DNA of 49,548 nucleotides, taken from NCBI GenBank assembly GCA_964016885.1, contig CAXHJY010000700.1, positions 1 to 49,548 on the forward strand, given 5' to 3'. The position numbers and the translations under genes were made by a program. The notes beneath the pieces are model-generated. The model ran no database searches and was not told the origin of the DNA. It saw only the letters and a program-made list of their open reading frames with translations. Within the stretch, counting starts at the first letter, position 1; each line of letters begins with the position of its first letter. This stretch comes from Eledone cirrhosa (Eukaryota). Positions 25,113 through 37,372 of this stretch are shown in pieces.

Positions 25113-25605
25113 GTACACACATATACATACTTACATGCATATATATGTATATGTATGCGGATGTATAAGTATATATATGTATATCTATATGTATAACGAT
25201 TACGTAGATATGACACTGAATATAATTACTGGTGACTTATGCTTTGTCTTGTGACTGTACACAGTAATGAAATGGAAGAACCACCAGGCTATTATGTATG
25301 AGTGTATACTTGGTTTTACTTGGAAAATGTAAAGATGGCTGCATTCTTACTTTCTAGAATAATTTTGAATAAAAAACTATTATGTTTAGCTTGAGGATAA
25401 TATATATAGAACCTAAGAATAAATATTAAAAGTTAATGTTACGTGGGCAGTAATTTTGGCCTTAAAGATTGATACCATGTCTGATACACCTGTTGGTTTT
25501 CCGATACAAAGCTGATTGTTTTAAAGAGTTTATACATATGTAAAACAGCTCTATTTTAATCATACAAAGAACCTCTAAGTTATGTTCCAAATAGGAGATA
25601 TAATG

Positions 25606-25797
25606 GTTTCTGATTTAGGTACAAGGCCAACAATTTGTGGGAAAGGAAAGTCGATTAAGTCGATTCCAGTGCGTTCCAGGAACTTTATTTTATCTACCCG
25701 TAACCTCGGCGGGATTTTAACTCATATCATAAAGGGCGGTAACTCTATGCCACAAAGCATGGTGTCGGACGCTCTACCGATACTGCCTATCCACCGC
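25606..25797 (-). mobile_element. Degenerate SINE family B
   Basis: ggtacaaggcca...aacctcggcgggatttt...ctctaccgatactgcc. Confidence 0.8.
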
Positions 25798-26279
25798 GCT
25801 AAATCCAAATTATAATGAAAGTAATTTAGTTATATTTCTAATTCCATACCATTTTTTGATTATTTAAAAAATTATTTGAAAATCAACGACATTGTCTTTC
25901 TAATATGAATAGCGGAGTAGTTTAATTATTGTAGTATATCTTTAAAGAAGGAGAAAATGTGACATGAAATAAATAAATTTAAGTGATACTTTAATTTGAT
26001 ATTGATATTATTGTTTCTCGTGTCAATACGTATCAGCTTTTGACTTTCGCTTGGCAAACATCAGCGGCGTGGAGTATAGAAAATGGCGCACAAGGGTGAA
26101 CTTTCCAAGTGCAAACCTATGTTACTGTATATTAATGCGAGAAACATAATATCTAATAGGCATATCTACGTCCACAAACACACAAGTAGGAATATCAAAC
26201 ATGTATAACTTCCAAAACATAAACTGTCATAAGGAGTGAACACCTGCCTATCATATTGACGCATTGATAACACCCAGCG

Positions 26280-26339
<60 letters not shown>

Positions 26340-26497
26340 TTGAGAAGGGGGAAGATTTGTGCCTGTAGTGATGGTTTCAGACGGAATATGAAGAATTGGG
26401 TCCGTGTTGAGATATCGGAAGAAACATGAGAATGAATGAAGAGTTGAATGTAAAAAAACTTTTACGTGTATTGTGTGTGTGTGTGCTTGTGCCTGTA

Positions 26498-26882
26498 CGT
26501 GTGTATATGGACATATATATGTGTGTGTGTCTGTTTGTGCGTGTATATATAGATTTATGTGTGTGTCTGTTTGTGCATATATATATAGATTTATATGTGT
26601 GTGTGTGCGTGTGTATATGGACATATATATGTGTGTGTGTGTCTGTTTGTGCGTGTATATATAGATTTATGTGTGTGTCTGTTTGTGCATGTATATATAG
26701 ATTTATATGTGTGTGTGTGCGTGTGTATATGGACATATATATATGTGTGTGTGTCTGTTTGTGCGTGTATATATAGATTTATGTGTGTGTCTGTTTCTGC
26801 ATGTATATATATATTTATATGTGTGTGTGTGCGTGTGTATATGGACATATATATGTGTGTGTGTGTCTGTTTGTGCGTGTAT
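26498..26882. repeat. ~110-bp minisatellite, about 3.5 copies
   Basis: gtgtatatggacatatatatgtgtgtgtgtctgtttgtgcgtgtatatatagatttat... recurs four times. Confidence 0.9.
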
Positions 26883-26883
26883 T

Positions 26884-26914
<31 letters not shown>

Positions 26915-27302
26915 ATATATGTGTGTGTGTATATATGTATATATGTGTGTGTGTATATATGGATATATATACATACATATTATGGAAGTATGCATGTATG
27001 TATATATATTTATACGAATATACACACTCTCACACACATTATACACACATACAGAGACATATAAAATATGTATTTATATTGATGAATATATATGTATTAT
27101 ATAATATATATATATATATATATGAGGGTGTATGTGTGTATGAATGTATGTATACGTGCATGTATGTTTGTATGTATAGGTACACACACACGCGCACACA
27201 CACACACACGTATATATAATATACATGCAGATACGCATTTATATTAATGTATAATCTGTGACCTGTAAGATCCTGTGTGCGTCATTTGTATAACCTTCAT
27301 AC

Positions 27303-27356
27303 ATAGTCATCTTCACAGCCGACTTTCACCGGAAGCTGTGCTGACGTGTCAGCCAT
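27303..27356 (-). CDS. Candidate first coding exon MADTSAQLPVKVGCEDDY
   Basis: aaagATGGCTG context, CTTCCGG and TGACGT motifs, donor gtatga; no homology recognised. Confidence 0.25.
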
Positions 27357-27476
27357 CTTTGCTCCTGTGTTCCGAATTGATGGGGAAATTGAATATAATA
27401 AACATTTAATATTGCACTGCGAATAGTTAATGAGTCCTCTGTGTTTTCACAATGATTTCCGCACATATGTCTTTAG

Positions 27477-27584
27477 ACTGTAGCACCGAACAGGAAATGG
27501 AATCTTGTAAAAGGCTGTCTGAAATTGGTTTCACAAATGTCACTGACGTAACAACTACAGTCTTCGAACGAGAAATGCAATACT
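27477..27584 (+). CDS. Candidate 108-nt phase 1-1 exon (CSTEQEMESCKRLSEIGFTNVTDVTTTVFEREMQY)
   Basis: Acceptor gtctttag, donor gtaaat, open frame with normal composition; no homology recognised. Confidence 0.3.
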
Positions 27585-27662
27585 GTAAATTTCCAATAAA
27601 TTCTGAAAACAAAATAGTAAAATTATTGAATAGCCAGATGCATAATCATAACCGCACACACG

Positions 27663-27711
<49 letters not shown>

Positions 27712-28049
27712 TGATGATGAGTATGAACAAGCATACACTCATCTCTCTCACTACACACACACTTTTATATATATAGTATGCTACTATTAAAAAAAAATTG
27801 TCTGCTTACTTCATATCTCTATATGAATGTTAGATGGATGTAAGATTTTTATCTCCGTCTAACACTATTGCTTGAAACCTTCTTTTTTATTGTTGTTGTT
27901 GATAAAGTGTCCAATTAGGTAGGAGTTGTTCACAAGCCGTCGTTGTATCCGACATATGAAACAGTAAACCTTCCAACAAACGTCTGGTACAAGTGAATAT
28001 TCAAATGAACAACAATTTAATACTACTCGAACCACCATCAATAATATAT

Positions 28050-28165
28050 ATAACGAAGGAAATGTGGTAAGGAACCAGGTGGACCATAACGCACCAAAGT
28101 ACTCAATACTTGGTCCAGAATTAGCCGTCGAAACGGCTTGAGCTCAGCCGTCGGGGTCTTACTTG

Positions 28166-28168
<3 letters not shown>
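28050..28168. mobile_element. Fragment of the 19693/34175 family (inverted tail joined to forward hammerhead 3' half)
   Basis: 28050-28110 is the reverse complement of the family tail; then gtccagaattagccgtcGAAACggc..gccGTCggggtc. Confidence 0.8.
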
Positions 28169-28200
<32 letters not shown>

Positions 28201-28271
28201 GCCGAGTTTTCATATTTTCCTGAGAATCCTAATACACTCCCGTCTCAAAACTCTATTTTCGAGTTAATTTA

Positions 28272-28324
<53 letters not shown>

Positions 28325-28432
28325 GTATAGAAATATCGTATTTCTAAAAAAAACAGGGTTTTAGGAAGCCGTAGCTAGGCAAACACAAGGGCTAACGCCC
28401 TCTGGTGGTGTCCAGCAGAAGCAAGGGGGACA

Positions 28433-28476
28433 ACCGTCTATGCATTTCAGGCTTGACTGGCCTTCGTCAGGACGGT
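28433..28476 (-). ncRNA. Minimal type I hammerhead ribozyme (intact)
   Basis: ACCGTC CTGACGA AGGC CAGTCAA GCCT GAAA TGCA TA GACGGT; all core positions and stems intact. Confidence 0.9.
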
Positions 28477-28797
28477 CTGTCCCACCGCTTGCGATCGCTG
28501 AACCAGAAGACAGCCGAGAATATATAGTTTTCTCCTATGTGTAAATGAGGTGATTAATCTCATTTGCTTATGAAGCTGCATAAGTTGGCTCAACTTATAA
28601 TAGAAAAGAAATAAGATTTTGCGTCAAGCATAGCTTTATACAAATATGTATAGAAATTTCGTATTTCTAAAGAAACACGCCCTCTGGTGGTGATGCAGCT
28701 TCATAAGCAAATGAGATTAATCACCTCATTTACACAGACGAGAAAACTATATATTCTCGACTGTTTTCAAGTCCAGCAGTCGCAAGCAATAGGAGGG

Positions 28798-28841
28798 ACC
28801 GTCCTGAAGAAGGCCAGTCAGCCCTGAAATGCATAGACGGT
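28798..28841 (+). ncRNA. Minimal type I hammerhead ribozyme
   Basis: ACCGTC CTGAAGA AGGCCAGTCAGCCCT GAAA TGCA TA GACGGT. Confidence 0.88.
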
Positions 28842-28976
28842 TGTCCCCCTTGCTTCTGCATAGACGGTTGTCCCCCATAGCTACGGCTTCCTGAAACTGT
28901 GTTTCTTTAGAAATACGAAATTTCTATACATATTTGTATAAAGCTATGCTTGAAGCGAAATCTTATTTATATATAT

Positions 28977-29007
<31 letters not shown>

Positions 29008-29008
29008 G

Positions 29009-29450
29009 ATTAACTCGAAAATAGCGGCGATCACTGTAGAAATTTTAGTCCAAACCTGAGGGGTTCTCTTGATAGGCTCTAAGCCTCATGGATAATACCA
29101 TGATCGGATATATCCACAAAGTACGAGCGAAACTATCGATAGTCGGGACTAGAGGAATTTTGGTAAAGTTTATATGCATTTTTTTCTTCACACTTATATT
29201 TTAGACTTAAATCCGTTTAATTGATTATTCGTCTAGTTAATTTCTACGGGCTAAGAGGAAAGACGCGATACATTTTATCTGACTGTTCCTCGCGGAAAAT
29301 AGTCTGTATCATTTGTCTATTATTTCTTCAAAGTTACATTTTAAACTTATAGCTCCGTTTAAATGATTATTTATCTGGTTGATTTCTACGGACTAGGGTG
29401 AAGAAAGACTGGGTATATTTTATATAATAATTCTTCAAACTTGCAATTTT
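29009..29450 (+). mobile_element. PLE-type insert with hammerhead and duplicated downstream segment
   Basis: TA-flanked; ctccgtttaa.tgattatt..tct.gtt.atttctacgg.cta...ttcttcaaa occurs twice (~29210 and ~29353). Confidence 0.65.
29065..29148 (+). ncRNA. Hammerhead ribozyme, U3-A8 variant (A9G)
   Basis: TCTC TTGATAG GCTC...GAGC GAAAC TATCGATA GTC GGGA; palindromic stem III ACTATCGATAGT. Confidence 0.7.
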
Positions 29451-29474
29451 ATATATATATTTAAAAAATAACTG

Positions 29475-29675
29475 GAACTCGAAAATAGAGTTTTGAGTCG
29501 CGAGTGTATATATATATATATATATAAAAATTAACTCGAAAATAGAGTTTTGAGTCACGAGTGTATATATATATATAAATTAACTCGAAAATAGAGTTTT
29601 GAGTCGCGGGTGTATATATATAAAAATTAACTCGAAAATAGAGTTTTGAGTCGCGAGTGTATATATATATATATA
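29475..29675. repeat. Four ~35-bp units separated by (TA)n
   Basis: aactcgaaaatagagttttgagtcgcgagtg x4; same motif at 29011 and inverted at ~28240-28270. Confidence 0.92.
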
Positions 29676-30075
29676 CATTATGGCCCGCCCGGCTGGCGTC
29701 CGGCTTGGTATACCTGCTCCTACCACTCCACTGCAAAGATACCACACACCCTCCCGTGTCACATTGTCCTTCCGACTCTCTCTCTCTCTCTGAATAACTA
29801 ACATTTTAATTGTATCTGTCTCTGTCTAATGGCCTATCTCTCTTTTTTCCCCTCCCTCTGTTTTTCTGTCTCTCTCTGTAGATGTGTGTAGTTTTCCTAA
29901 TCTTTCTCTAAATCTCTCTCTTTCTCTCTATGTGTACATATCGAAGGGAGATACGGAAACTAAAACAGTGTTGTCATATAGAGAGTGAAGTGCGACAATG
30001 AGAGAGAGTAAAGCAGTTAAATGCTAGAGAGGGGGAATGATCTTACATATATAGATGCATACATATAAAGTATAG

Positions 30076-30119
<44 letters not shown>

Positions 30120-30520
30120 TATGCTAACAACGACAGAAAAAGTGTGTGGGATACATACATTATTATATTTGTCTGTATTTTCGTTCTGCAACCATTATAT
30201 TATGATATTTGTATCCAAATGATTTTATATGTATGTATTACCTGCTTGCCTGTCCCTCTGTTTCTCTTTCCCTGTCTCTCTCTTTATCTCCTCTCTCCTC
30301 TCTCTCTCTTTAGATGTGTGTGTGTGTGTGTGTAGTTTTCCTAATCTGTCTCTTTCACTCTCTGTCTCTCTAAGAGGGTTGCCTTTTGATGTATGTATTA
30401 CCTGCTTATCGAATTTGAAGGAGGTTATCCTTTTCAAATAAACATACATACGACGCTCAACTCTATCTTGATATATGATATAAATAATGGGATTGATGAG
30501 TTAATATCTCTATACAACAA

Positions 30521-31320
30521 CTACAACAGTACGCGATGGAGCCCACTCGCAACCCCGGCGGACAGAATGGAGAAGGCGTTTCCCCGGAGGACAGCAAGGA
30601 AGACGCGCTGGAAAAGCCACTCCAACTCGCGGGGCTCACACCTGCGGCTGGCCAGCTCAGCGCCTATGGTGGTGAGTAAGGAGGTAGCCCTGGGGCTGAG
30701 GACACCAGAAGTCTCCACAGCCAGGAGTACGACCGCAAACCTGTCGGAGAGCGACTGGTATTTGAGGAGTTTGGCCCCCTCAGCCCGACGTGCAGAGAAC
30801 CTGGGTCAGTCGCAGACTGCACCAGGTTGCGGCTGAAGAAAGTGTCTGTGCAAGTGGAATCCCAGATGAGGGGTTTGCCACTGCGGAACGGGAAGATGGT
30901 CATGCCATCTGGCCTTTTGCCGTCCCCTCGATCCAGCCCCACCGGTGGAATGCGGCCGGCACTGTGGCGACAGGAAAGCGGGTGGAGGCCAAAAGAGTCC
31001 ACGGTGGAATCGCAACGACATTGGTGTGGCTGGCAGATCCGGAGGCCGAGCCTCAGGGAAACTCCGATGCGCAGGCTATGGTTGTCTAGCTGCGTGCCAG
31101 TGGAGAAGGAGGGCAGGGCATGGAGCCAGGCACCATTGTGGGATTTGGAGGCCGCACGAAAACAAGCAAGGCAGTGCTGGTCGAGCTGGCGCGTGAGCCT
31201 TCTGAGGCCAGGCTGCACTGGATGGCATCCCAAGTGCGTTGGGAGGGGGGGACTTGAAGTCAACAGGGGGAGAAGGAGGAGCGACGTCTACTAGGCTAAG
31301 TCCCAGCCGGTCCCACGTCT
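30521..31320 (-). pseudogene. CRE-clade non-LTR retrotransposon 3' remnant (zinc knuckle plus restriction-like endonuclease)
   Basis: GAWLHALP...LRLG...CRC...GLHPLSC...DGKRPDG...LIWDSTCTDT; frameshift near 30795 to AEGAKLLKY...AVETSG...LFQRVFLAVLRGNAFSIL. GC-rich; apparent internal deletion between RIP and PVGL. Confidence 0.85.
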
Positions 31321-31556
31321 TATTATTAAAAAAACTTCTTGCCACTAAACCTTAACCCTTTGTGCCACATTCATCTAACTGTTGACCAACAAATACAAAG
31401 TAAACAGAGCGTTGACAAGAACGATGGCGAATGAATCTTCGAGATAAGCAGCTTCCTCCCGAGCTGTTAGATCACGCGGTATTCTCTGCTACACCTTTCC
31501 GTAATAATACCGAACAACGTACTGCTGGTCACTCCTTCCTCCAAAAGCCGTACAAA

Positions 31557-31645
<89 letters not shown>

Positions 31646-31649
<4 letters not shown>

Positions 31650-34167
31650 CAGAAGTACCTGGCGTTGCCCGGGTGTAAGTTGACCTTTGGTCTGTTAGAA
31701 TGTGTGAAAGTTACTTCCCGCGCATCACAGGTTCAAAACTTCGAACTTCAATGAAAAAAAATAGGTTAGTAGACACAGGTGTGTAATTTATTAATTGTAG
31801 TTACACAGTGTATCATTGAAATTGTTCTCTGCACGACTGACTGAAGTCAAAATCGCTTGATATTGAATGTTCAGTTAATTTAAAGCAGGGTGAAAATGTC
31901 GATTACTTTCAGGGTTTTTTTTTTTTACAATTTTTGCGCTCACATGTGCAGAAGAAGAATTAAAAGGGCCTTTATCTTAACCGCGGCATAATGGCGAGTC
32001 TTTTGTGACAGTTTTCAAGAATATAGGACGTTCCTGTAAAAAGTTTTCCCATGTGTAACTTTGCCTTGTTTTTTGGCGCAAAGTCGAGCCCCGCTTCAGT
32101 TTTATTGATTTTTTACATCAATGCGTGATCTCTGAAGTAGATTTGAGTAGCTAAAAACCCGTCCCGGTAAATTTGCTATAGGTGAAAAAAAGTGTATCTA
32201 GAGTTATTGCCCTTTGCCACAACCTCAAGCCTCGTCTGACGGGATGTTGGTGATTCCTCCGTCAGCGCTTGTTGGCGACGAAGGCGAACATCAACAAGCC
32301 TTGTCGTACGTGATGTTGGTGACTCAACCAGCTGGGAAACACGTCTGTCAGCGAGTCGAGATTCGCGCTCAGCAGGTGTTTCCTAGAGAAAATTAATTAA
32401 TTCTACTGGTTAGCTAAGCCAATGGCAGTGTCAATAGTAAATGAGAAAAGTCTAACATGAACAAAAGGGAATCAAGGTAAGACAATAAATTTAATATAAC
32501 TACGATTAGAATGTTGTAGTTGCTTAAAAGTGGTGACAGTTAGGATAAAGGCAGTACTTGCTAACATTAAGGGAGAATATGGCATAAAGGATTAATCAAT
32601 TGTGAATGAACTCATAACTGAGAACGCCTAATTCGTTGTCTCAAAGCAGTAGCTGTACCTTTTTTGGAGGTAAGTCTTGAACGTTTCCGTGTGGGCATAA
32701 CGACGTGTAACGAAGCTGTTAGGTTAGAGAGAGGTGATTAAATACAGAGAGAGATGACACCAGATTCGTTAGCATGGTTACTGGTGAATGGGAAGGTTTG
32801 GAAATATGATTACAATAACTTACCGAATTTTCCGGTCTATAAATTGCACTTAAAATAATTAAATTTAATCAAAAAACAGCTCTGCGCTTTATACTCCGGT
32901 GAGCCTTATGTATAAATAATACAATGGTAATCAATCACGGCTCTAACAGAAGTAATAGATCTAGACTAAAAGTAAAGAAGATAGCATTTTCCTGGTTGGC
33001 CTTACACGCCGTTGCGCGGACCTGATTTTAAATGATACGCCTTATATCCTGGTGAGCCTTATAGAGCGGAAAATATCTATTGGAAAAGAATACGAATTCA
33101 TGACCAAGGTGTGACAAAATAGGCGTCTATACAGCGCCTGAAACAACGAGAAAAATCCTAGGGTTTTGGACAAGTTTTTTTCAGGCGCTGTATATCCATC
33201 CACCCAAAAGGAACCGTTTTTTAGTTACAAAAAATAACCAAAGAGTATAGTAGCTATATTTCTGACATATCATGCCAAAAAGAACAATATATTCAACAAA
33301 TTTTCTAAAGTACATTCAATCTCTCTTTTTGACCGATATCTTAATAAGCAAGTTATCGATTTTTTATTGGCTGTCAGTGTCTATCTGCATGCAGGTGTGC
33401 ACGTGTGCGCAATTAATTGCAAATACGCTCATAACATTTAGTCGTAAGCAGAACAAAAAATACCATTAGAGGTGGGCTAATAATGAAGACACAAACCCTG
33501 GTGAACTTACGTTTAAACACCCGAAAAGTTACTCACTTCCTGTGCAAAAGACTGTATTATAAATTAAGTAATTTTTTAGAATCTTTTGTTTAAAAAAGGA
33601 AAACATTGGTACGGAAGTAACATTTTTTACAACTTTGTATGTGTACAATACAACTTGGTCAACGTATTATTTAGTAATTTTTTTTCAAAAAGCATGATTA
33701 TTTAAGACTGTTTGAAAATTTACTCATAGCTTTTAGCATCACAAAAGACACCATTAAATTTGGTTCCCTTTTCAGATAGGGATAATACTGTATTTCCACT
33801 TGAATAAGGTGGAATATGAAAAGATAAACTCTTTAATGGTCGGTCGTTTACTGAGACAGCTGGGAAGACATGCAGCTGGCCGTCCAATCAATAACGCACG
33901 TCCTTATATGGGCATATGAAATTTATTTTTATTGCGCCAGATGTAAACTAAGAGTTCTTGTGTTCGAATTCACATAAAATTTCACTGGAATCGAAAAACA
34001 TTCTGTCATAGGGCCCGATTACCGATTTTTCGAAAATTTCAAGTAGCCTATTCCACTCTACGCGTTGAGTTTTATATATGTGTGAGGTTTCATGAAAATT
34101 GGATGAACGGTGTAGCATGCAAGTTGGGAACACCAAACAATGTCCATCTTCCCTTTATATATATAGA
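31646..34167 (-). mobile_element. Non-autonomous Helitron-like element
   Basis: Minus strand starts A|TCtatatatataaaggg (34167) and ends with hairpin acccgggcaacgccaggt plus acttctgctga (CTAG degenerate); intact homologous end at 35221-35251. Confidence 0.65.
32823..33077. mobile_element. Tc1/mariner (Tc2-like) MITE nested in the Helitron
   Basis: TA|ccgaattttccggtctataa ... ttatagagcggaaaatatc|TA; subterminal repeat tata.tcc.gtgagccttat twice. Confidence 0.7.
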
Positions 34168-34174
34168 TATATAT

Positions 34175-34369
34175 ATAGGAAAAAGTATGACCCCGACGGC
34201 AGAGCTCAATGCGTTTCGACGGCTATTTCTAGTCCAGAAATAGCTGTCGAAACGCCTTGAGCGCTGCCGTCGGGGTCATACTTTTTCCTATTTCCCACTC
34301 TACTACCCTAAGTATTGAGTACTCTGGTGCGTTATGGTCCATCTGGTTCCTTATCACAATTCCTTTGTT
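34175..34369 (+). mobile_element. Fold-back element plus tail, same family as 19693
   Basis: Hairpin 34175-34291, tail almost identical to 19809-19886, flanked by TA. Confidence 0.85.
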
Positions 34370-35220
34370 ATATATATATATATATTTGTTATAAGAACAG
34401 ATTAAAGTTTAAGCAAAGAATCGCTGCTTTCAACATTAACGGGATCTTCTGAAACTGAAAAATTTAATCTGTGAACGCAGAAGTAAATATTTCGAGAAAC
34501 GTTGCAACCGAAGGAAAACAGGAAGACGATATTTTGGTTCGTGAAGACGTTCCCTGGTAATGAACGGAAAAAAGCGACGATAATACGTCGTTATGTGGAC
34601 CGAGAAGAACAATTTCCTGCAAAGACAAGACCAAGTTTATGGTGTAAATGGAGTCGTTAGACTAATATTCTATTTAAAATAACCGAATGATTTCTAGCCC
34701 CGGAGTTTAAGAATGATGTAAAGAAAATTGAAAACGAAAATGACAAAGGTTATTAAACTAGTAAAATTAAATAGTGAAGATTTAGGCCAGTACATATGTA
34801 TGACCCGACGGACATACACATACATATACATACGCACACACAAATAGATACACACAAACGCACGCGTAAACCTTATACATTTCTACAGATATAGGTTACA
34901 CTATGTACTTATGTACTTTCTAATGTACTCCGGATGATTATGGGCACTTTCATTTTTCCAGATATTGATTATAGGACCTTTAACCGCTTACTTGGAGGCG
35001 ACTGAAGCACTGCAGTGCAATGCAACAAAACGTCAAAACTTGACACATCGGCTACGTTTATTCTACAGATGATTGTGAACTCTCAGAATTGGCACATATT
35101 GAGTAGGGGACCCTTAGGAGCAGGAACCCCCTTTTGGAAAAAGCAGATGATTTTGTAAAAGTATAGTTATCAAAGCAGCGCTGAAGTATTGACATAAATG
35201 GTATACATAACTGGTATTTA

Positions 35221-35251
35221 ACACCCGAGCAACGCCGAGTACCTCTGCTAG
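35221..35251 (+). mobile_element. Helitron 3' terminus
   Basis: acacccgagcaacgccgagtacctctgCTAG|T; 5' end not located. Confidence 0.7.
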
Positions 35252-35254
35252 TAA

Positions 35255-35370
35255 ATATATAAACATATAATATATATAAAGACACACACACACACACACA
35301 CTCATATAATAAATATATATACATATATATATATAAACATAAAATATATACACACACACACACTCATATA

Positions 35371-35425
<55 letters not shown>

Positions 35426-35995
35426 ATCTCTAAATATATATCTAAAATATGCGCAGATATATATATATGTATAACACATACATATATTTCTATATACATA
35501 CATATACTTACACACGCACTCACACATAGACATAGATATATACATATATATATACAGGAAATATACATACGTATACATGCCCACACATAAATATATATAT
35601 ATATATATATATTATTCATACATAGACGTAATAGTGAACAATCTTCTTTATGTCCAATACTATTGATTATCACCATAGTGATTGATGTACACAGTTATTA
35701 AGAATACATTCAGAGGAATGCAGACATATATAAGATCATACATACACAAATATATATACATATTACATATATATATAAGTATATATGTATGCATATATAT
35801 ATATACACATAGATAAGAATATATATACATATTTCATATATTTAAGTATATATTATATATGTATAATGTATGCCTATATACTTATATAGGGTATATATAC
35901 TTATTGCATATATATATAAGTATATATATACACAAATAATATATATATATAGTATATATATATATATATAAAGTATATGTATACACAAATATATA

Positions 35996-36044
<49 letters not shown>

Positions 36045-36384
36045 GTGTATACACAACTATATATACATATTATATATAAGTATATATATATACACAAATA
36101 TATATATATATTACATATATATAAGTATATATATATACACAAATATATATACATATTACATATATATAAGTATATATATACACAAATATATACGTATTAT
36201 ATATATATATATACATATAAATATATGTATACACAAATATATATACATATTATATATATGTATATATATATACACAAATATATATACATATTACATATAT
36301 ATAAGTATATATATATACACAAATATATATACATATTACATATATATAAGTATATATGTATACACAAATATATATACATATTAC

Positions 36385-36415
<31 letters not shown>

Positions 36416-36714
36416 AATATATATACATATTACATATATATAAGTATATATATACACAAATATATCCATATTATATATATATATATATCATTCATATTGA
36501 AAATTCTACATTAAAATTTATATAAGGGTGGTTCTTTTTTATTTCAATCAATTTCTTTTCCAATATCAACCCAAGTTTAATATGTTCATAAATTGTATTA
36601 TAAAAACGCCAACAATTTCACTGAATAGAATATAAAATATTATAAACAACACATGACCTAATCCGTGTATATATATATATATTCTTATATATATGTATAT
36701 ATACGTATAAAATG

Positions 36715-36750
<36 letters not shown>

Positions 36751-37065
36751 GACACACATTTATATATATATATATACAGACACACACATATATATATATA
36801 TACACAGACACACACATATATATATATATACACAGACACACATATATATATATATATATATATACACAGACACACACATATATATATATATACACATATA
36901 TATATATATATATACACACACACATATATATATATATATATACACACACACATATATATACACACACATATATATATATATATAAATATATATATACACA
37001 CACACATATATATATTTATATATATACACACACAAAGGGGTAGTCACACACACACACACACACAT
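35255..37065. repeat. TA/CA-rich micro- and minisatellite region
   Basis: Includes a ~40-bp unit acacaaatatatatacatattacatatatataagtatat over ~36050-36480. Confidence 0.9.
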
Positions 37066-37338
37066 AAGAGTCTAACAACCATATTTTAACAATAAAATAC
37101 ATACACAAATGTACGGGAATATATTTTTATCACTCAAGTAATTCAGATTTTCAAAATTTGATAAAGACGTGCAGGATAAAAAAAAAATACCATTCACACG
37201 CACATACCCTACATATATATACACTCACTCAAACACACAAATATATATATACACACGCGTCTATATATATATATACACACGCGTCTATATATATATATAT
37301 ACACACGCGTCTATATATACTCACACACACTCTTACTC

Positions 37339-37371
<33 letters not shown>

Positions 37372-37372
<1 letters not shown>

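Larger units (their letters stand above)
28321..28968. mobile_element. PLE-type composite with tandem and inverted pseudo-LTR units in (TA)n
   Basis: 28416-28581 inverted vs 28693-28859; 28321-28410 repeated, with a deletion, at 28643-28692; 28878-28968 is an inverted copy of the same end. Confidence 0.8.

Noticed and set aside
27895-27970. TTGATAA...GAAAC hammerhead candidate
   Set aside because: Stem I does not pair next to the core and stem III is neither closable nor palindromic.
29475-29675. CRISPR-like repeat/spacer appearance
   Set aside because: Spacers are just (TA)n, there are no cas genes, and the context is eukaryotic.
30393-31294. Plus-strand GC-rich ORFs
   Set aside because: Antisense shadows of the CRE remnant.
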